Shown: positions 48,292-61,851 of the stretch, one piece after another
How the letters are laid out: every line of letters begins with the position of its first letter
Position numbering within the stretch: position 1 is the first letter of the stretch
Assembly: GCA_964291675.2 (NCBI GenBank)
Contig: OZ219865.1
Span: forward strand, 256,001 to 320,000
Direction: 5' to 3'
Length of the DNA: 64,000 nt
Source: Alphaproteobacteria bacterium
Lineage (GTDB): Bacteria; Pseudomonadota; Alphaproteobacteria; MPNO01
Notes under the pieces: model-generated
The model's database searches: none
The model's input: the letters and a program-made list of their open reading frames with translations, nothing else
Told to the model about the DNA's origin: nothing
Translations under genes and position numbers: made by a program

Positions 48292-49129
48292 ACTGCCAGG
48301 CGACCCGGCCCGACCGGGCGCCTCTGGTCACCGACCATTCCTTCGCCTCGCCGCGCAGCCGCTCGCGCGCAAGCGCGAGGCCGTAGCGGTCGGCATAGCC
48401 CTCGACGATTCGGAAATAGGTCTCCTGGTCGCAGTTGTGGAAGCCCAGCCAGAGGCCGAACCGGTCCGACAGCGAGACCTTCTCGTCGACCGTCTCGGCC
48501 GGGGCGATCGCGGTGGATTGCTCGTTCTCGATTATCTCGCGCGGCATCAGGTGGCGGCGGTTCGAGGTCGCGTAGAAGATCACGTTGGCGGGCCTGCCCT
48601 CTATGCCGCCTTCCAGCAGCGCCTTGAGCGACTTGAACGTGGTGTCCTCGGCCTCGAAGGAGAGGTCGTCGCAGAACAGGATGAAGCGGCGCGCGACCCC
48701 GCGCAGCGTCGCCAGCAGCACCGGCAGGCTGGAGAGGTCCTCGCGATGCACCTCGACCAGCCCGAGCCCGCCGCCGATCTCCGCGTTGACCGCCCCGTGC
48801 ACCGACTTGACCAGCGAGCTCTTGCCCATGCCCCTGGCGCCCCACAGGAGCGCGTTGTTGGCCGGCAGGCCCTGCGCGAAGCGCCGCGTGTTCTCCATCA
48901 GCGTCGCCGCCGGCCGGTCGATGCCCACCAGCAGCTCGAGATCGAGCCGGTTCACGTCGGGTACCGGGACCAGGCGGCTGTCCTCGGGATGCCAGACGAA
49001 GGCCTCGCCGTCGTGCAGATCCGCCGGCTCTGCCGGCAGCGGCGCCGCGCGCTCCAGCGCATCCGCGATTCGCGCCAGGAGGGCCCTGAGCGCCGCGCCG
49101 TCCGCCTCGCCGTTTCCGTCCCGCGCCAT
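48233..49129 (-). CDS. DUF815 AAA+ ATPase
   Basis: NNALLWGARGMGKSSLVK, FCDDLSF, ATSNRRHL, SLSDRFGL. Confidence 0.9.
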   Translation of the reverse strand: MARDGNGEADGAALRALLARIADALERAAPLPAEPADLHDGEAFVWHPEDSRLVPVPDVNRLDLELLVGIDRPAATLMENTRRFAQGLPANNALLWGARGMGKSSLVKSVHGAVNAEIGGGLGLVEVHREDLSSLPVLLATLRGVARRFILFCDDLSFEAEDTTFKSLKALLEGGIEGRPANVIFYATSNRRHLMPREIIENEQSTAIAPAETVDEKVSLSDRFGLWLGFHNCDQETYFRIVEGYADRYGLALARERLRGEAKEWSVTRGARSGRVAWQFIQDLAGRAGVRLDRPEAR

Positions 49130-49319
49130 TCGCTCTTCCTCTTTTCCCGGCCGGCGCGAGACCCTAATACAACGCGCTTGCCAGTCAAGGGCGCGGCCGG
49201 GGAACCGGTTGCATGTGCGAGGGCGGGCGCTATAGTCCGTGCGGTCGCGAAGCCCGGTGCCCGCGGTTTGTCGAGGCGGTCCCTCGCGCAGCCCAGCGAA
49301 TTGGACGGAGGGTCGCCCC

Positions 49320-49811
49320 ATGTTGATTGCACCGGCGTTCGCCCAGGATGGGGGAGGGGGGATGGGTGGTCTCGAACCGCTGATACCGCTGGTTCTGATT
49401 TTCGTGGTGTTCTACTTCCTGCTCATTCGCCCGCAGCAGAAGAAGGCCAAGGCGCATCGCGAGATGATCGCCGGGCTCAGGCGCGGCGACCGGGTGGTCA
49501 CGTCGGGCGGAATCATCGGCCAGGTCCAGCGCGTGCTCGGCGACAACGAGCTCAGCGTCCAGATCGCCGAGGGCGTGCGGGTCCGGGTGATGCGCACGAT
49601 GATCGCCGAGCTGGTCGCCAAGCCCGAGCCGAGCCGTGCCCGGGACGCCGATTACGACGACGATGACGACGAAGAATACGACGAGGATGACGAGGAAGAG
49701 GAGCGCCGCCCGCGGCGAAGCCGGGCGCGCAGGCGGCGCAGCGAGCGCGCCCGCGACGACGGCGACGATGGCGATGACGAGGCGGACGACCCGGATGAGG
49801 ACAGGCGTTAG
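49320..49811 (+). CDS. yajC: Preprotein translocase subunit YajC with an extended charged tail
   Basis: FYFLLIRPQQK, L.RGD.VVT.GG. Confidence 0.93.
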   Translation: MLIAPAFAQDGGGGMGGLEPLIPLVLIFVVFYFLLIRPQQKKAKAHREMIAGLRRGDRVVTSGGIIGQVQRVLGDNELSVQIAEGVRVRVMRTMIAELVAKPEPSRARDADYDDDDDEEYDEDDEEEERRPRRSRARRRRSERARDDGDDGDDEADDPDEDRR

Positions 49812-49868
49812 CCGCCGCGTTCGGGCTGTGGACGACAGGGGTAGGCGGAGCGTCGATCGGCCGGTCCG

Positions 49869-51443
49869 ATGATTTATTTCGCCAAGTGGAAGATCGTCCT
49901 CGTCGCGGTCGTTTGCGTGCTCGGCATCTTCTATGCCGCGCCCAACGTGGTCGACCGCAGCCTGCTCGAAGGCATCCCGGACGGGCTTCCGAACAAGCAG
50001 ATCAGCCTCGGCCTCGATCTCCAGGGCGGGTCCCACCTGCTGCTCGAGGTCGAGGTCGACGCGGTGATCCGCGAGCGGCTGATCGCCCTGGTCGATGCCG
50101 CGCGGACCGAGCTCAGACGGGCCCGGATCGGCTATCGCGGGCTCGGCATCCAGGGCCAGGCCATCTCATTCACGGTGCGCGAGCCCGGCAAGATCGACGA
50201 GGCGCACCGCATCGCCCAGCGCCTCGAGACCGGCACCGAGATCGACGAGAGCGGCGGGCGTTTCACCATCTCGCTGACCGAGCAGACGGTGCGCGACGTC
50301 AAGACCTCGGCGGTCAACCAGTCGATCGAGATCGTGCGCCGGCGGATCGACGAGACCGGGGTGCGCGAGCCGGCGATCCAGCGCCAGGGCGCCGACCGGA
50401 TCCTGGTCCAGCTGCCGGGCGTCAAGGACCCCGAGCGCATCAAGCGCCTGCTCGGCAAGACCGCGAAGATGAATTTCCGCCTGGTCGACCAGTCCATGTC
50501 GGCCGAGCAGGCGCGCCGCGGCCGCCCGCCGCCGGGCTCCGAGCTGGTGCCCGCCGACAACGAGATCGGCCCGGACGGCGAGCCGGTGCAGTACCTCGTC
50601 CGCAAGCGGGTGATGGTGGGCGGCGACACGCTGGTCGACGCCCAGCCGACGGTGCAGGACGCCCAGCCGGTCGTGAGCTTCCGCTTCGATGCGGTCGGCG
50701 CCAGGCGCTTCGGCGACACCACGCGGCGCAATGTCGGGCGGCCCTTCGCCATCGTGCTCGACGGCAAGGTGATCTCGGCGCCGGTGATCCGCGAGCCGAT
50801 CCTCGGCGGCTCCGGTATCATCTCCGGCAACTTCACCGTCCAGTCGGCGCGCGACCTCGCGCTGCTGCTGCGCGCGGGCGCGCTGCCGGCACCGCTCACC
50901 GTGCTGGAGGAGCGCACCGTCGGCCCCGGCATGGGCGCCGATTCGATCCGCGCCGGCAAGATCGCGAGCGTGCTCGCCATCGCCATCGTGATCGTCTTCA
51001 TGGCGGCGACCTACGGCATGTTCGGCGTCATGGCCGATATCGCGCTGACGCTCAACATGATCCTGATCGGCGCCGCGCTGTCGCTCTTGCAGGCGACGCT
51101 CACCCTGCCCGGGATCGCCGGGATCGTGCTCACCATCGGCATGGCGGTCGATGCGAACGTGCTGATCTTCGAGCGAATACGCGAGGAGCAGCGCAACGGT
51201 CGAACGCCGATCTCGGCGATCGATGCGGGCTATCAGCGCGCGCTGACCACGATCATCGACGCCAACCTGACCACCTTCATCGCCGCCGTGCTGCTGTTCC
51301 AGTTCGGCTCGGGGCCGATCAAGGGGTTCGCGGTGACGCTGGCGATCGGGCTGCTCACGTCTATGTTCACCGCGATCATGGTCACCCGGCTGATGGTCAT
51401 CACCTGGCTGCGGCGCCGTCGGCCGCAAGTCCTGCCCCTTTGA
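49869..51443 (+). CDS. secD: Protein translocase SecD
   Basis: LGLDLQGG, LLLRAGALPA, GMAVDANVLIFER. Confidence 0.97.
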   Translation: MIYFAKWKIVLVAVVCVLGIFYAAPNVVDRSLLEGIPDGLPNKQISLGLDLQGGSHLLLEVEVDAVIRERLIALVDAARTELRRARIGYRGLGIQGQAISFTVREPGKIDEAHRIAQRLETGTEIDESGGRFTISLTEQTVRDVKTSAVNQSIEIVRRRIDETGVREPAIQRQGADRILVQLPGVKDPERIKRLLGKTAKMNFRLVDQSMSAEQARRGRPPPGSELVPADNEIGPDGEPVQYLVRKRVMVGGDTLVDAQPTVQDAQPVVSFRFDAVGARRFGDTTRRNVGRPFAIVLDGKVISAPVIREPILGGSGIISGNFTVQSARDLALLLRAGALPAPLTVLEERTVGPGMGADSIRAGKIASVLAIAIVIVFMAATYGMFGVMADIALTLNMILIGAALSLLQATLTLPGIAGIVLTIGMAVDANVLIFERIREEQRNGRTPISAIDAGYQRALTTIIDANLTTFIAAVLLFQFGSGPIKGFAVTLAIGLLTSMFTAIMVTRLMVITWLRRRRPQVLPL

Positions 51444-51459
51444 ACGGCGGAACGGCGCG

Positions 51460-52395
51460 ATGCGACTCGTCAGCTTCATCCCGACCGGCACCAGGATCGA
51501 CTTCATGCGCTGGCGCCGGACCGCCGGCATGGCGTCGATCGCGCTCACGGTGCTGTCGGCGGCGCTGTTCCTCGCCGTCGGGCTCAACTACGGCATCGAT
51601 TTCCGCGGCGGAATCCTGGTCGAGATCCGCACCGAGGGGCCGGCGGATATCGGCGCGCTGCGCTCCCAGCTCTCCACTCTCGATCTCGGCGAGGTCGAGC
51701 TCCAGGAATTCGGCGAGCCGACCGACGTGCTGATCCGCATCGAGCGCCAGTCGGGCGCGGAGCGCGAGCAGCTCAAGGCGGTCGAGGTGGTCAAGCAGGC
51801 GCTCGGCCCCGGGGTCGACTATCGACGGGTGGAGTTCGTCGGCCCCAAGGTGGGGGCGGAGCTGATCGAGGCCGGGATCACCGCGGTGCTGCTCGCCCTC
51901 GGGGCGATGCTGATCTATATCTGGTTCCGCTTCGAATGGCAGTTCGGCGTCGGCGCGGTGGTCGCATTGATGCACGACGTGATCCTGACCATCGGCATCT
52001 TCTCGCTGCTCGGGCTCGAATTCAACCTGTCGACCGTGGCCGCGGTGCTGACCATCGCCGGCTACTCGATCAACGACACGGTGGTGATCTACGACCGCGT
52101 GCGCGAGAACCTGCGCAAGTACAAGACCCTGCCGATCGACGACCTGTTGAACCTCAGCGTCAACGACACCCTGTCGCGGACCATCCTGACCAGCGTGACC
52201 ACCCTGCTCGCGCTGTTCTGCCTGTTCTTCTTCGGCGGGCAGGTGATCAAGGGGTTCAGCTTCGCGATGATCTGGGGGGTGGTCGTCGGCACCTATTCCT
52301 CGATCTGGGTCGCGGTGCCGCTGCTGGTCTACATGAAGCTCAAGCGCGGCGGTCTCATCGTCGGCGAGGTCGACGACGAGGGCGCCGCGGGCTGA
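51460..52395 (+). CDS. secF: Protein translocase SecF
   Basis: GIDF.GG, GYS.NDTVVI.DRVRE. Confidence 0.97.
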   Translation: MRLVSFIPTGTRIDFMRWRRTAGMASIALTVLSAALFLAVGLNYGIDFRGGILVEIRTEGPADIGALRSQLSTLDLGEVELQEFGEPTDVLIRIERQSGAEREQLKAVEVVKQALGPGVDYRRVEFVGPKVGAELIEAGITAVLLALGAMLIYIWFRFEWQFGVGAVVALMHDVILTIGIFSLLGLEFNLSTVAAVLTIAGYSINDTVVIYDRVRENLRKYKTLPIDDLLNLSVNDTLSRTILTSVTTLLALFCLFFFGGQVIKGFSFAMIWGVVVGTYSSIWVAVPLLVYMKLKRGGLIVGEVDDEGAAG

Positions 52396-52399
52396 GCCG

Positions 52400-52780
52400 A
52401 TGACCGGGATCGCGCCGGTCGACCCGCGGGACCGGAGCGTCATCCAGTCCTACGGCGACGGCCGGTTCCGCATCTCCGGGACGACCTTCGAGGGCTCGGT
52501 GATCGTCCTCGTCGACGCGGTCCTGCCCTGGCCGGAGGGCGACGCGGGGGAGGTGTCGCCGGAGGGCCTCGCCCCGGTCGTCGACGCCGATCCCGCGGTG
52601 GAGATCCTGCTGATCGGCACCGGCGGCGCGATGCGGCCGCTCGACCGCGATCTGACGGCGGCGCTCAGGCGGTGCGGCATCGTCGCCGACGCGATGGATA
52701 CCGGCGCCGCCTGCCGCACCTTCAACGTGCTCGCCGGCGAGGAACGCCGGGTCGCCGCCGCGCTGTCGGCGGCGGGCTGA
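52400..52780 (+). CDS. Mth938-like (NDUFAF3-like) protein
   Basis: YG.G.F, L.GTG, MDTGAACRTFNVL..E.R.V. Confidence 0.9.
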   Translation: MTGIAPVDPRDRSVIQSYGDGRFRISGTTFEGSVIVLVDAVLPWPEGDAGEVSPEGLAPVVDADPAVEILLIGTGGAMRPLDRDLTAALRRCGIVADAMDTGAACRTFNVLAGEERRVAAALSAAG

Positions 52781-52791
52781 GCCGGAATCGA

Positions 52792-52816
52792 AACGGGGGC
52801 CGCCGCGGCCCCCGTT
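52792..52816. terminator. Hairpin between convergent genes
   Basis: AACGGGGGCCGC-C-GCGGCCCCCGTT. Confidence 0.55.
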
Positions 52817-52832
52817 CCAGCTATGGCTCGGC

Positions 52833-53438
52833 CTAGAACAGGTTCTGGGCCGATGTCATCGCGTACAGCATCGGGATCGACAGCATCGTGTTGGTCCGCG
52901 AGAACAGCATCGCGCGGCGTCCGGCCGCGGCCTTCGCGTCGTCCGCCGCATCGACCATGCCGAGCGCGATCTTCTGCGCCGGCCAGATGATGAACCAGAC
53001 GTTGAACCACATGATGGTGCCGAGCCACATGCCGATGCCGATCTGGGTGTGCTTGGCGACGCCGTCGGTCAGCCCGATCAGGACCGCCTCGACGAAATAG
53101 CCGTTCAGCAGCGCCAGGATCAGCCCGGTGACGATCGTCCACATCGCTCCCCAGCGGAACCAGAACAGCGCCGCGGGCGCGATCACGCCGGTGATCGCCG
53201 GCCGCTTGTCGGCGTCGATCTTGGGCATGTTCGGGATCTGGACGAAGTTGAAGTAGTACAGGATGCCGATCCACATGATCCCGCCCAGCACGTGCAGCCA
53301 GCGGAACAGGAACGACCACCAGGCCAGGTCGAGCGCCAGGCCTTCGCCGTGCCACCACAGCACGGCAATGACCAATACGACCGCGAGCACGAAACCCGCG
53401 ATGATCGTATTGTTGAGGTCCGTCAGGATCTTCGCCAT
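52833..53438 (-). CDS. PuuD/DUF989-like membrane protein (urate hydroxylase family, no cytochrome domain)
   Basis: RWLHV..GI.WIG.LYYFN, ALFWFRW.A, M.FNVW.IIWP.QK, SR.N. Confidence 0.8.
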   Translation of the reverse strand: MAKILTDLNNTIIAGFVLAVVLVIAVLWWHGEGLALDLAWWSFLFRWLHVLGGIMWIGILYYFNFVQIPNMPKIDADKRPAITGVIAPAALFWFRWGAMWTIVTGLILALLNGYFVEAVLIGLTDGVAKHTQIGIGMWLGTIMWFNVWFIIWPAQKIALGMVDAADDAKAAAGRRAMLFSRTNTMLSIPMLYAMTSAQNLF

Positions 53439-53528
53439 CTTTCCCCCCGGTTAACGAGGCTGCGCCGGACGCAGCCCGACTCCAAGTCGTTAGCGTAGCG
53501 GCAAGTTTCGGCGCCTACCCGAGTCGCG

Positions 53529-54806
53529 TCAAGCCGCGCGCGCTCCGTCGGGGATGCAACCGGCGACCTCGGCGGCGCGAAACCCGGACAGGATGCTGCC
53601 CTCGATGGTCGCCGGCAGCCCGGTCGCGGTCCAGTCGCCGGCCAGCAGGACGTTGCGGAAGGCGGTGCGGGTCGCCGGCCGGCGCGCGATCCCGTCCGGG
53701 GTCTGGGCGATGGTCGCGCGGTGCTCCTTGACGATCCGCGAGGGCGGCGGCGGGTCCGCTTGACGGCCGAGCACGGGCGCGATCTCCCGCCACAGCAGCT
53801 CGGCGAGCTCCTTGCCCGGCCGGTCGATCAGCCGGCCGGCGGCGCTCACCGTGACCGAGACCGCCTCGCGGCGGGCGAACAGCCATTGCGACTCGCTGCC
53901 CGTCAGGCCGAGAAAGGGCAGGCCGCCCGGCAGCTCCACCTCGCGGTCGGTGCGGAAATGCGCGTTCAGGATCGGGTTCGAGCGCCGCGGCGTCGGGATG
54001 TCCGGCAGCAGGGCGGCGCAGGCGTCCGGCGGGACCGCGAGCACCACGGCCTCGTCGTCCGCGACATCGACGCTGCGGTCCGCGAAGCCGAGCGCCGCGG
54101 CGCGGCCGCCGTCGAGCGCGATGGAGCGCAGCCGCGCGTGGAACCGAACGGCGGCGCCGTCTTCGGCCAGCCGGCGCAGCGCCGGATCGACCAGCGCCGC
54201 CGACAGCCCGTCGGGGAAGAAGAACGGGCGGCTCGCGCGCTCGCCGCGCAGGAAGCCGGCCCGCAGGGCGGACCAGAGCAGTAGCGCCGAGCCTTCGCTC
54301 GCGTCGGTGTTGAGCGCCGCCCGGCAGAGCGGCTGCCAGAAACGCGCGTACAACGCTCCCGTCTCGCCGACGCGGTCCCGCACGGTGTCGCCCGGCGCGG
54401 CGCGGGCGAGGCGGGCGATCCCGAGATACTCCGCGAGCCGCGAGCCGGCGACCCGGCGGCGCCGGTCGAGCAGCCAGAACGGGACCGGCCCCCTGCCGGG
54501 CGCGACCCGCCAGCTCTCGCCGCTCGCGACATCGACGAAGGGAAAGGCGGCGGGGGCGATCTCCTCGATCGCATCCGCCGCGCCGGCCTCCGCGAGATAG
54601 GCCAGCGTCGCCCGGTTGGCGCCGAGCACCATGTGGCTGCCGTTGTCGATGACGCAGCCGAGCGTGTCGTCGAAGAACGACCGGCAGCGCCCGCCGGCGT
54701 GGCCCGCGGCCTCGTAGACCGCCACCCGCGTCCCTTCCCGCGCGAGCCGGAGCGCGCAGGCGAGCCCGGAAAGCCCGGCGCCGACGACATGCACCCTAGC
54801 CGGCAT
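53529..54806 (-). CDS. hpnE: Hydroxysqualene dehydroxylase HpnE-like FAD oxidoreductase
   Basis: VVGAGLSGL, GGRCRSF.D, IDNG.H, LAGDWT.TGLPATIEG. Confidence 0.85.
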   Translation of the reverse strand: MPARVHVVGAGLSGLACALRLAREGTRVAVYEAAGHAGGRCRSFFDDTLGCVIDNGSHMVLGANRATLAYLAEAGAADAIEEIAPAAFPFVDVASGESWRVAPGRGPVPFWLLDRRRRVAGSRLAEYLGIARLARAAPGDTVRDRVGETGALYARFWQPLCRAALNTDASEGSALLLWSALRAGFLRGERASRPFFFPDGLSAALVDPALRRLAEDGAAVRFHARLRSIALDGGRAAALGFADRSVDVADDEAVVLAVPPDACAALLPDIPTPRRSNPILNAHFRTDREVELPGGLPFLGLTGSESQWLFARREAVSVTVSAAGRLIDRPGKELAELLWREIAPVLGRQADPPPPSRIVKEHRATIAQTPDGIARRPATRTAFRNVLLAGDWTATGLPATIEGSILSGFRAAEVAGCIPDGARAA

Positions 54807-54879
54807 TTCCCGCCAATGGCTGCCGGCGAGCCCACGCCGCCCGTGAGATACGCCGGCCCTCATCCCGAGTAGGCGCCGG

Positions 54880-55593
54880 TCACCCGCCTTGCTTTCGCCG
54901 GAAGCGGACCCGGAAGCGCACCGCCCAGCGGTCGAGCGCGGTGAGCCCGACCGGCCCGGCCAGCGGGTCGCGCCGCCGGAGCCGGCGGGCGAGCCGGCTG
55001 CGCCCGGCGATCTCCGTCATCGCCGCCTCGCGCAGGACCGGATCGGAGATCGAGGCCGCGGCGGCGAACCCGTCCGCCATCATCGGCTCGATGCGGTCGA
55101 GCAGCCGGACGAGCACCGAGCGCAGGCCGCGCCCGGTCCTGCGCCCGGCGAATTCCTCGGGCGCGACCTCGGCCGACCGCAGCCAGTCGCCCGGCAGGTA
55201 GATCCTGTCATGGGCGCGGAACGCCGCGCCGCAATCGAGCGCGAGGTCGAGCAGATGGGCCGCCACGCAGTAGCTCCCGAGCTTCTGCCGCCCGGCCTCG
55301 TCCAACCCGGACGCCGCGGCGAATCTTTCGGCGAACGGGGCGACCGCGAAGCCGGCATAGGAGACCAACTCGCTCCAGCTGCGGAAGCGCCGCGCGACGA
55401 GGGCCTTCTCCTGCGCCTGGCAGGCCCGTTTCATCGCCGCGTCCTCGGCGGCGCCGGCGAGGCTGGCGAGCGCGTCGCGGCGCTCGTCCACCGGCCGCGC
55501 CGAATCGTCGGCGAGCGCGCGCGCGTCTTCCAGCGCGGCGGCGCAGGCGACGATCTCCGGCCAGGCTTCCAGCCGCCGCGTATCCAATGGCAT
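54880..55593 (-). CDS. Divergent, short HpnC-like squalene/phytoene synthase family protein
   Basis: LADD, R..SW.EL..Y, D...DR.YLP.DW, L.RRDPLA..V.L; catalytic Asp motifs eroded. Confidence 0.6.
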   Translation of the reverse strand: MPLDTRRLEAWPEIVACAAALEDARALADDSARPVDERRDALASLAGAAEDAAMKRACQAQEKALVARRFRSWSELVSYAGFAVAPFAERFAAASGLDEAGRQKLGSYCVAAHLLDLALDCGAAFRAHDRIYLPGDWLRSAEVAPEEFAGRRTGRGLRSVLVRLLDRIEPMMADGFAAAASISDPVLREAAMTEIAGRSRLARRLRRRDPLAGPVGLTALDRWAVRFRVRFRRKQGG

Positions 55594-55638
55594 CGTCGGG
55601 CGCATGCGCCCAATATACGCGGGTTTGAGGACGGCGCG

Positions 55639-56544
55639 ATGTCGGCAAAGCCCCGATCCTACTGCGCGGCGGAGGTCCGCCGCCTCGACCGCGAGCGCTA
55701 CCTGGCGGCGCTGTTCGCCCCTTCCGGGCGGCGCGAGGCGCTGTTCGCGCTCTACGCCTTCAACCTGGAGGTGGCGAAGACCGCGGAGGTGGTCTCCGAG
55801 CCGATGCTGGGCCAGATCCGGCTGCAATGGTGGCGCGAGGCGCTCGACGGGATCTATGCCGGCGCGGTGCGCGAGCACCCCGTCGTCGCCGCGCTGGCCG
55901 AGGCGGTCGAGGCCCACGACCTCGACCGCGCCCGCTTCGAGACCATCGTCGACGGCCGCGCCGCCGACCTCGACCCCGCACCGCCGCCCGACCTGGACGC
56001 GCTGGAGGGCTATGCCGCCGCCACCGCCGTGCCGCTGGTCGAGCTTGCCTGCCAAATCCTCGGGGCGGGGGAGGGGGAGGCGATGGCGGCGGCCCGGGCG
56101 GCGGGGCTCGGGCTCGGCCTCGCCGGGGTGCTGCGCGCGGTGCCCTTCCACGCCCGCCAGCGCCGGCTCTACGTCCCGCTGGCGCTGCTGGACGATGCCG
56201 GGATCGCCGCCGCCACGCTGTTCGACCGGGCGCCGCCGGCGGCCTTCGCCGAGGCGGTCGCGCCGATCGCCGGGCGGGCGCGCGCCCATATCGCCGCCGC
56301 GCGCCGGGCGCGGCGCGGCGTTCCGCGGACGGCGCGTGCGGCGCTTCTGCCGCTTGCCGTCGCCGAGGCCTATCTCGATCGTCTGGCGCGCAACGGGCAC
56401 GATGTGTTCGATACGGGATTGGAATTTTCGCCGCTGGCAGCCCAGCTCCGCATCGCGCGCGCGGCGCTGGGCGGGCGCTACTCGGCGGCGTCCGCCGCGC
56501 CGCCGGACCAGGCTTCGAGATCGGCCAGCGCGCGGCTGCAATAG
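55639..56544 (+). CDS. Phytoene/squalene synthase family protein (NDUFAF6-like)
   Basis: [27 protein letters not shown]. Confidence 0.85.
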   Translation: MSAKPRSYCAAEVRRLDRERYLAALFAPSGRREALFALYAFNLEVAKTAEVVSEPMLGQIRLQWWREALDGIYAGAVREHPVVAALAEAVEAHDLDRARFETIVDGRAADLDPAPPPDLDALEGYAAATAVPLVELACQILGAGEGEAMAAARAAGLGLGLAGVLRAVPFHARQRRLYVPLALLDDAGIAAATLFDRAPPAAFAEAVAPIAGRARAHIAAARRARRGVPRTARAALLPLAVAEAYLDRLARNGHDVFDTGLEFSPLAAQLRIARAALGGRYSAASAAPPDQASRSASARLQ

Positions 56545-57820
56545 GCCCGCTTGCGCTCGCGCCCGCGCCGGCGTTCGGCGAGCGGCGGCAGCAGGCCGAA
56601 ATTGACGTTCATCGGCTGGAACAGCGCCTGCTCGGCGCCGCCGGTGATGTGGGCGAGCAGCGCGCCCAGCGCGGTGGTCGGCGGCGGCGGCGCGAAGCTC
56701 CGCCCGATTGCGTCGGCGGCGGCGAAGCGGCCCGCCAGCAGGCCGATGGCGGCGCTCTCGACATAGCCCTCGACCCCGGTGATCTGCCCGGCGAAGCGGA
56801 GCCTCGGCGCGGCGCGCAGCCGGAGCGAGGAGTCGAGCAGCCTGGGCGCGTTGATAAAGGTGTTGCGGTGGAGCCCGCCGAGCCGGGCGAACTCGGCGCG
56901 CTCCAGCCCGGGGATGGTGCGGAACACGCGGACCTGCTCGGCGTGGCGCAGCTTGGTCTGGAACCCGACCAGGTTGTAGAGCGTGCCGAGCGCGTTGTCC
57001 TGGCGGAGCTGGACCACCGCGTGCGGGCGCCGGCCGGTGCGCGGGTCGGTGAGCCCGACCGGCTTCATCGGGCCGAAGCGCAGCGTCTCGCGCCCGCGCC
57101 CGGCCATCACCTCGATCGGCAGGCAGCCCTCGAAATAGGGGGTGTCGCGCTCCCAGTCCTTGAATTCGGTCTTCTCGGCCGCCTCCAGCGCGTCGATGAA
57201 GGCTTCGTATTGCGCCTCGTCCATCGGGCAGTTGATGTAGTCCGACCCGGTGCCGGCGGGGCCGGTCTTGTCGTAGCGGCTCTGCAACCAGGCGGTGTCG
57301 AAATCGATGGTCTCGCGGTAGACGATCGGCGCGATGGCATCGAAGAAGGCGAGCGAGTCCTCGCCGGTCAGCGCGCGAATCGCCTCGGCCAGCGGCGGCG
57401 AGGTGAGCGGCCCGGTGGCGACGATGGCGCTTTGCCAGTCCTCGGGCGGCAGGCCGGCGATCTCGCCGCGCTCGACGGCGATCAGGGGCTCGGCCTCGAT
57501 CGCCGCCTCGACCGCTTGCGAGAAGCCGTCGCGGTCGACCGCCAGCGCGCCGCCGGCCGGCACCTTGCTGGCATCGGCGGCGGCGAGGATCAGCGAATCC
57601 AGGCGCCGCATCTCCTCGTGCAGCAGGCCGATCGCCGAGCTTTCGGCGTCGTCCGAGCGGAACGAATTCGAGCAGACCAGCTCGGCGAGCCCCGCGGTCA
57701 GGTGCACCTCCGTCGCGCGGACGGGGCGCATCTCGTGGAGGATCGCGCGGGCGCCGGCGCGGGCGACCTGCCACGCCGCCTCGCAGCCGGCGAGCCCGCC
57801 GCCGACGATGTGGACCGCAA

Positions 57821-57824
<4 letters not shown>
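56478..57824 (-). CDS. trmFO: tRNA m5U54 methyltransferase TrmFO
   Basis: [37 protein letters not shown]. Confidence 0.96.
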
Positions 57825-60682
<2,858 letters not shown>

Positions 60683-60815
60683 GCCGATTCGTGTCAGGGG
60701 CCGGGCCGCCCGGCCATAACTACATCCGCCTTGGCCGGGCCGCAATGGTGGTGTCCCCACCTGTCCCCAGCATGTCACGCCCCCCCTCGCCCTCCCGTCA
60801 TGCCCGGACTTGTTC

Positions 60816-61851
60816 CACTGCTGTCCAGTTTATGTGAGCTGGACCGGGCGCAAAGCCTTGTTCCGGGCGGGATATCGGCGCATCCGCCGGATCGGGACAC
60901 GGATCGCCGCACGCCCGCACTTGCCGTCCCTGCCCCTCCGTTGTCACCCCGGCCTCGTTCCGGGCACCCACGGGCGGGGCGGGCCGCACCCGGCTCCCGT
61001 ACTCCTCCACCGCCACCACCACCCCGTCATGGCCGGACTTGATCCGGCCACCCATGCGCGGACTTGATCCGCGCAACCACTGGCGCCACCGGTACAACGC
61101 CCCGTCGGGAGAGGCGGCGGCGCCAGTAGATGCCCGGATCGAGTCCACTGCTGTCCGGTTTATGTGAGCTGGACCGGGCGCAAAGCCTTGTTCCGGGCGG
61201 GATATCGGCGCGTCCGCCGGATCGGGACACGGATCGCCGCACGCCCGCACTTGCCGTCCGTGCCCCTCCGTTGTCACCCCGGCCTCGTTCCGGGCACCCA
61301 CGGGCGGGGCGGGCCGCACCCGGCTCCCGTGCTCCTCCACCGCCACCCCCACCCCGTCATGGCCGGACTTGATCCGGCCACCCATGCGCGGACTTGATCC
61401 GCGCAACCACTGGCACCACCGATACAACGCCCCGTCGGGAGAGGCGGCGGCGACAGTGGATGCCCGGATCAAGTCCGGGCATGACGATGGGGGGAGGCAT
61501 GGTGATGGGGCGGGAAACGCCGGGCGCGACGCGGGTCGAAGGCTAAACCGGACAGCAGTGGACTCGATCCGGGCATCCATGGGCGCCGCCGCCCCTCTCG
61601 TCGGACCGTCGTGCGGGCGGAGAGGCCGCGTGGATGGCCGGATCACCCCCGGACTTGATCCGGGGGCCGGCCATGACGTAGGGGTAACAGCGGGAGCGGA
61701 GATGCAGATGCTCACGGGCGCGGAGCCCGCGTCGAAAATCTAAACCGGACAGCAGTGGATCAAGTCCGGGCATGACGATGGGGGGAGGCATGGTGATGGG
61801 GCGGGAAACGCCGGGCGCGACCCGCGTCGAAGGCTAAACCGGACAGCAGTG
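60816..61851. mobile_element. Nested 415-bp MITEs with 17-bp TIRs inserted in REP palindromes
   Basis: Left TIR CACTGCTGTCC(A/G)GTTTA at 60816 and 61146; right TIR TAAACCGGACAGCAGTG ending at 61560, 61757 and 61851; 9-bp DR GACTTGTTC at 60807 and 61852. Confidence 0.8.

Noticed and set aside
60812-60826. LexA box (GTTC-N7-GTTC) upstream of uvrA
   Set aside because: Only GTTC-N7-GTCC, created by the REP/TIR junction.
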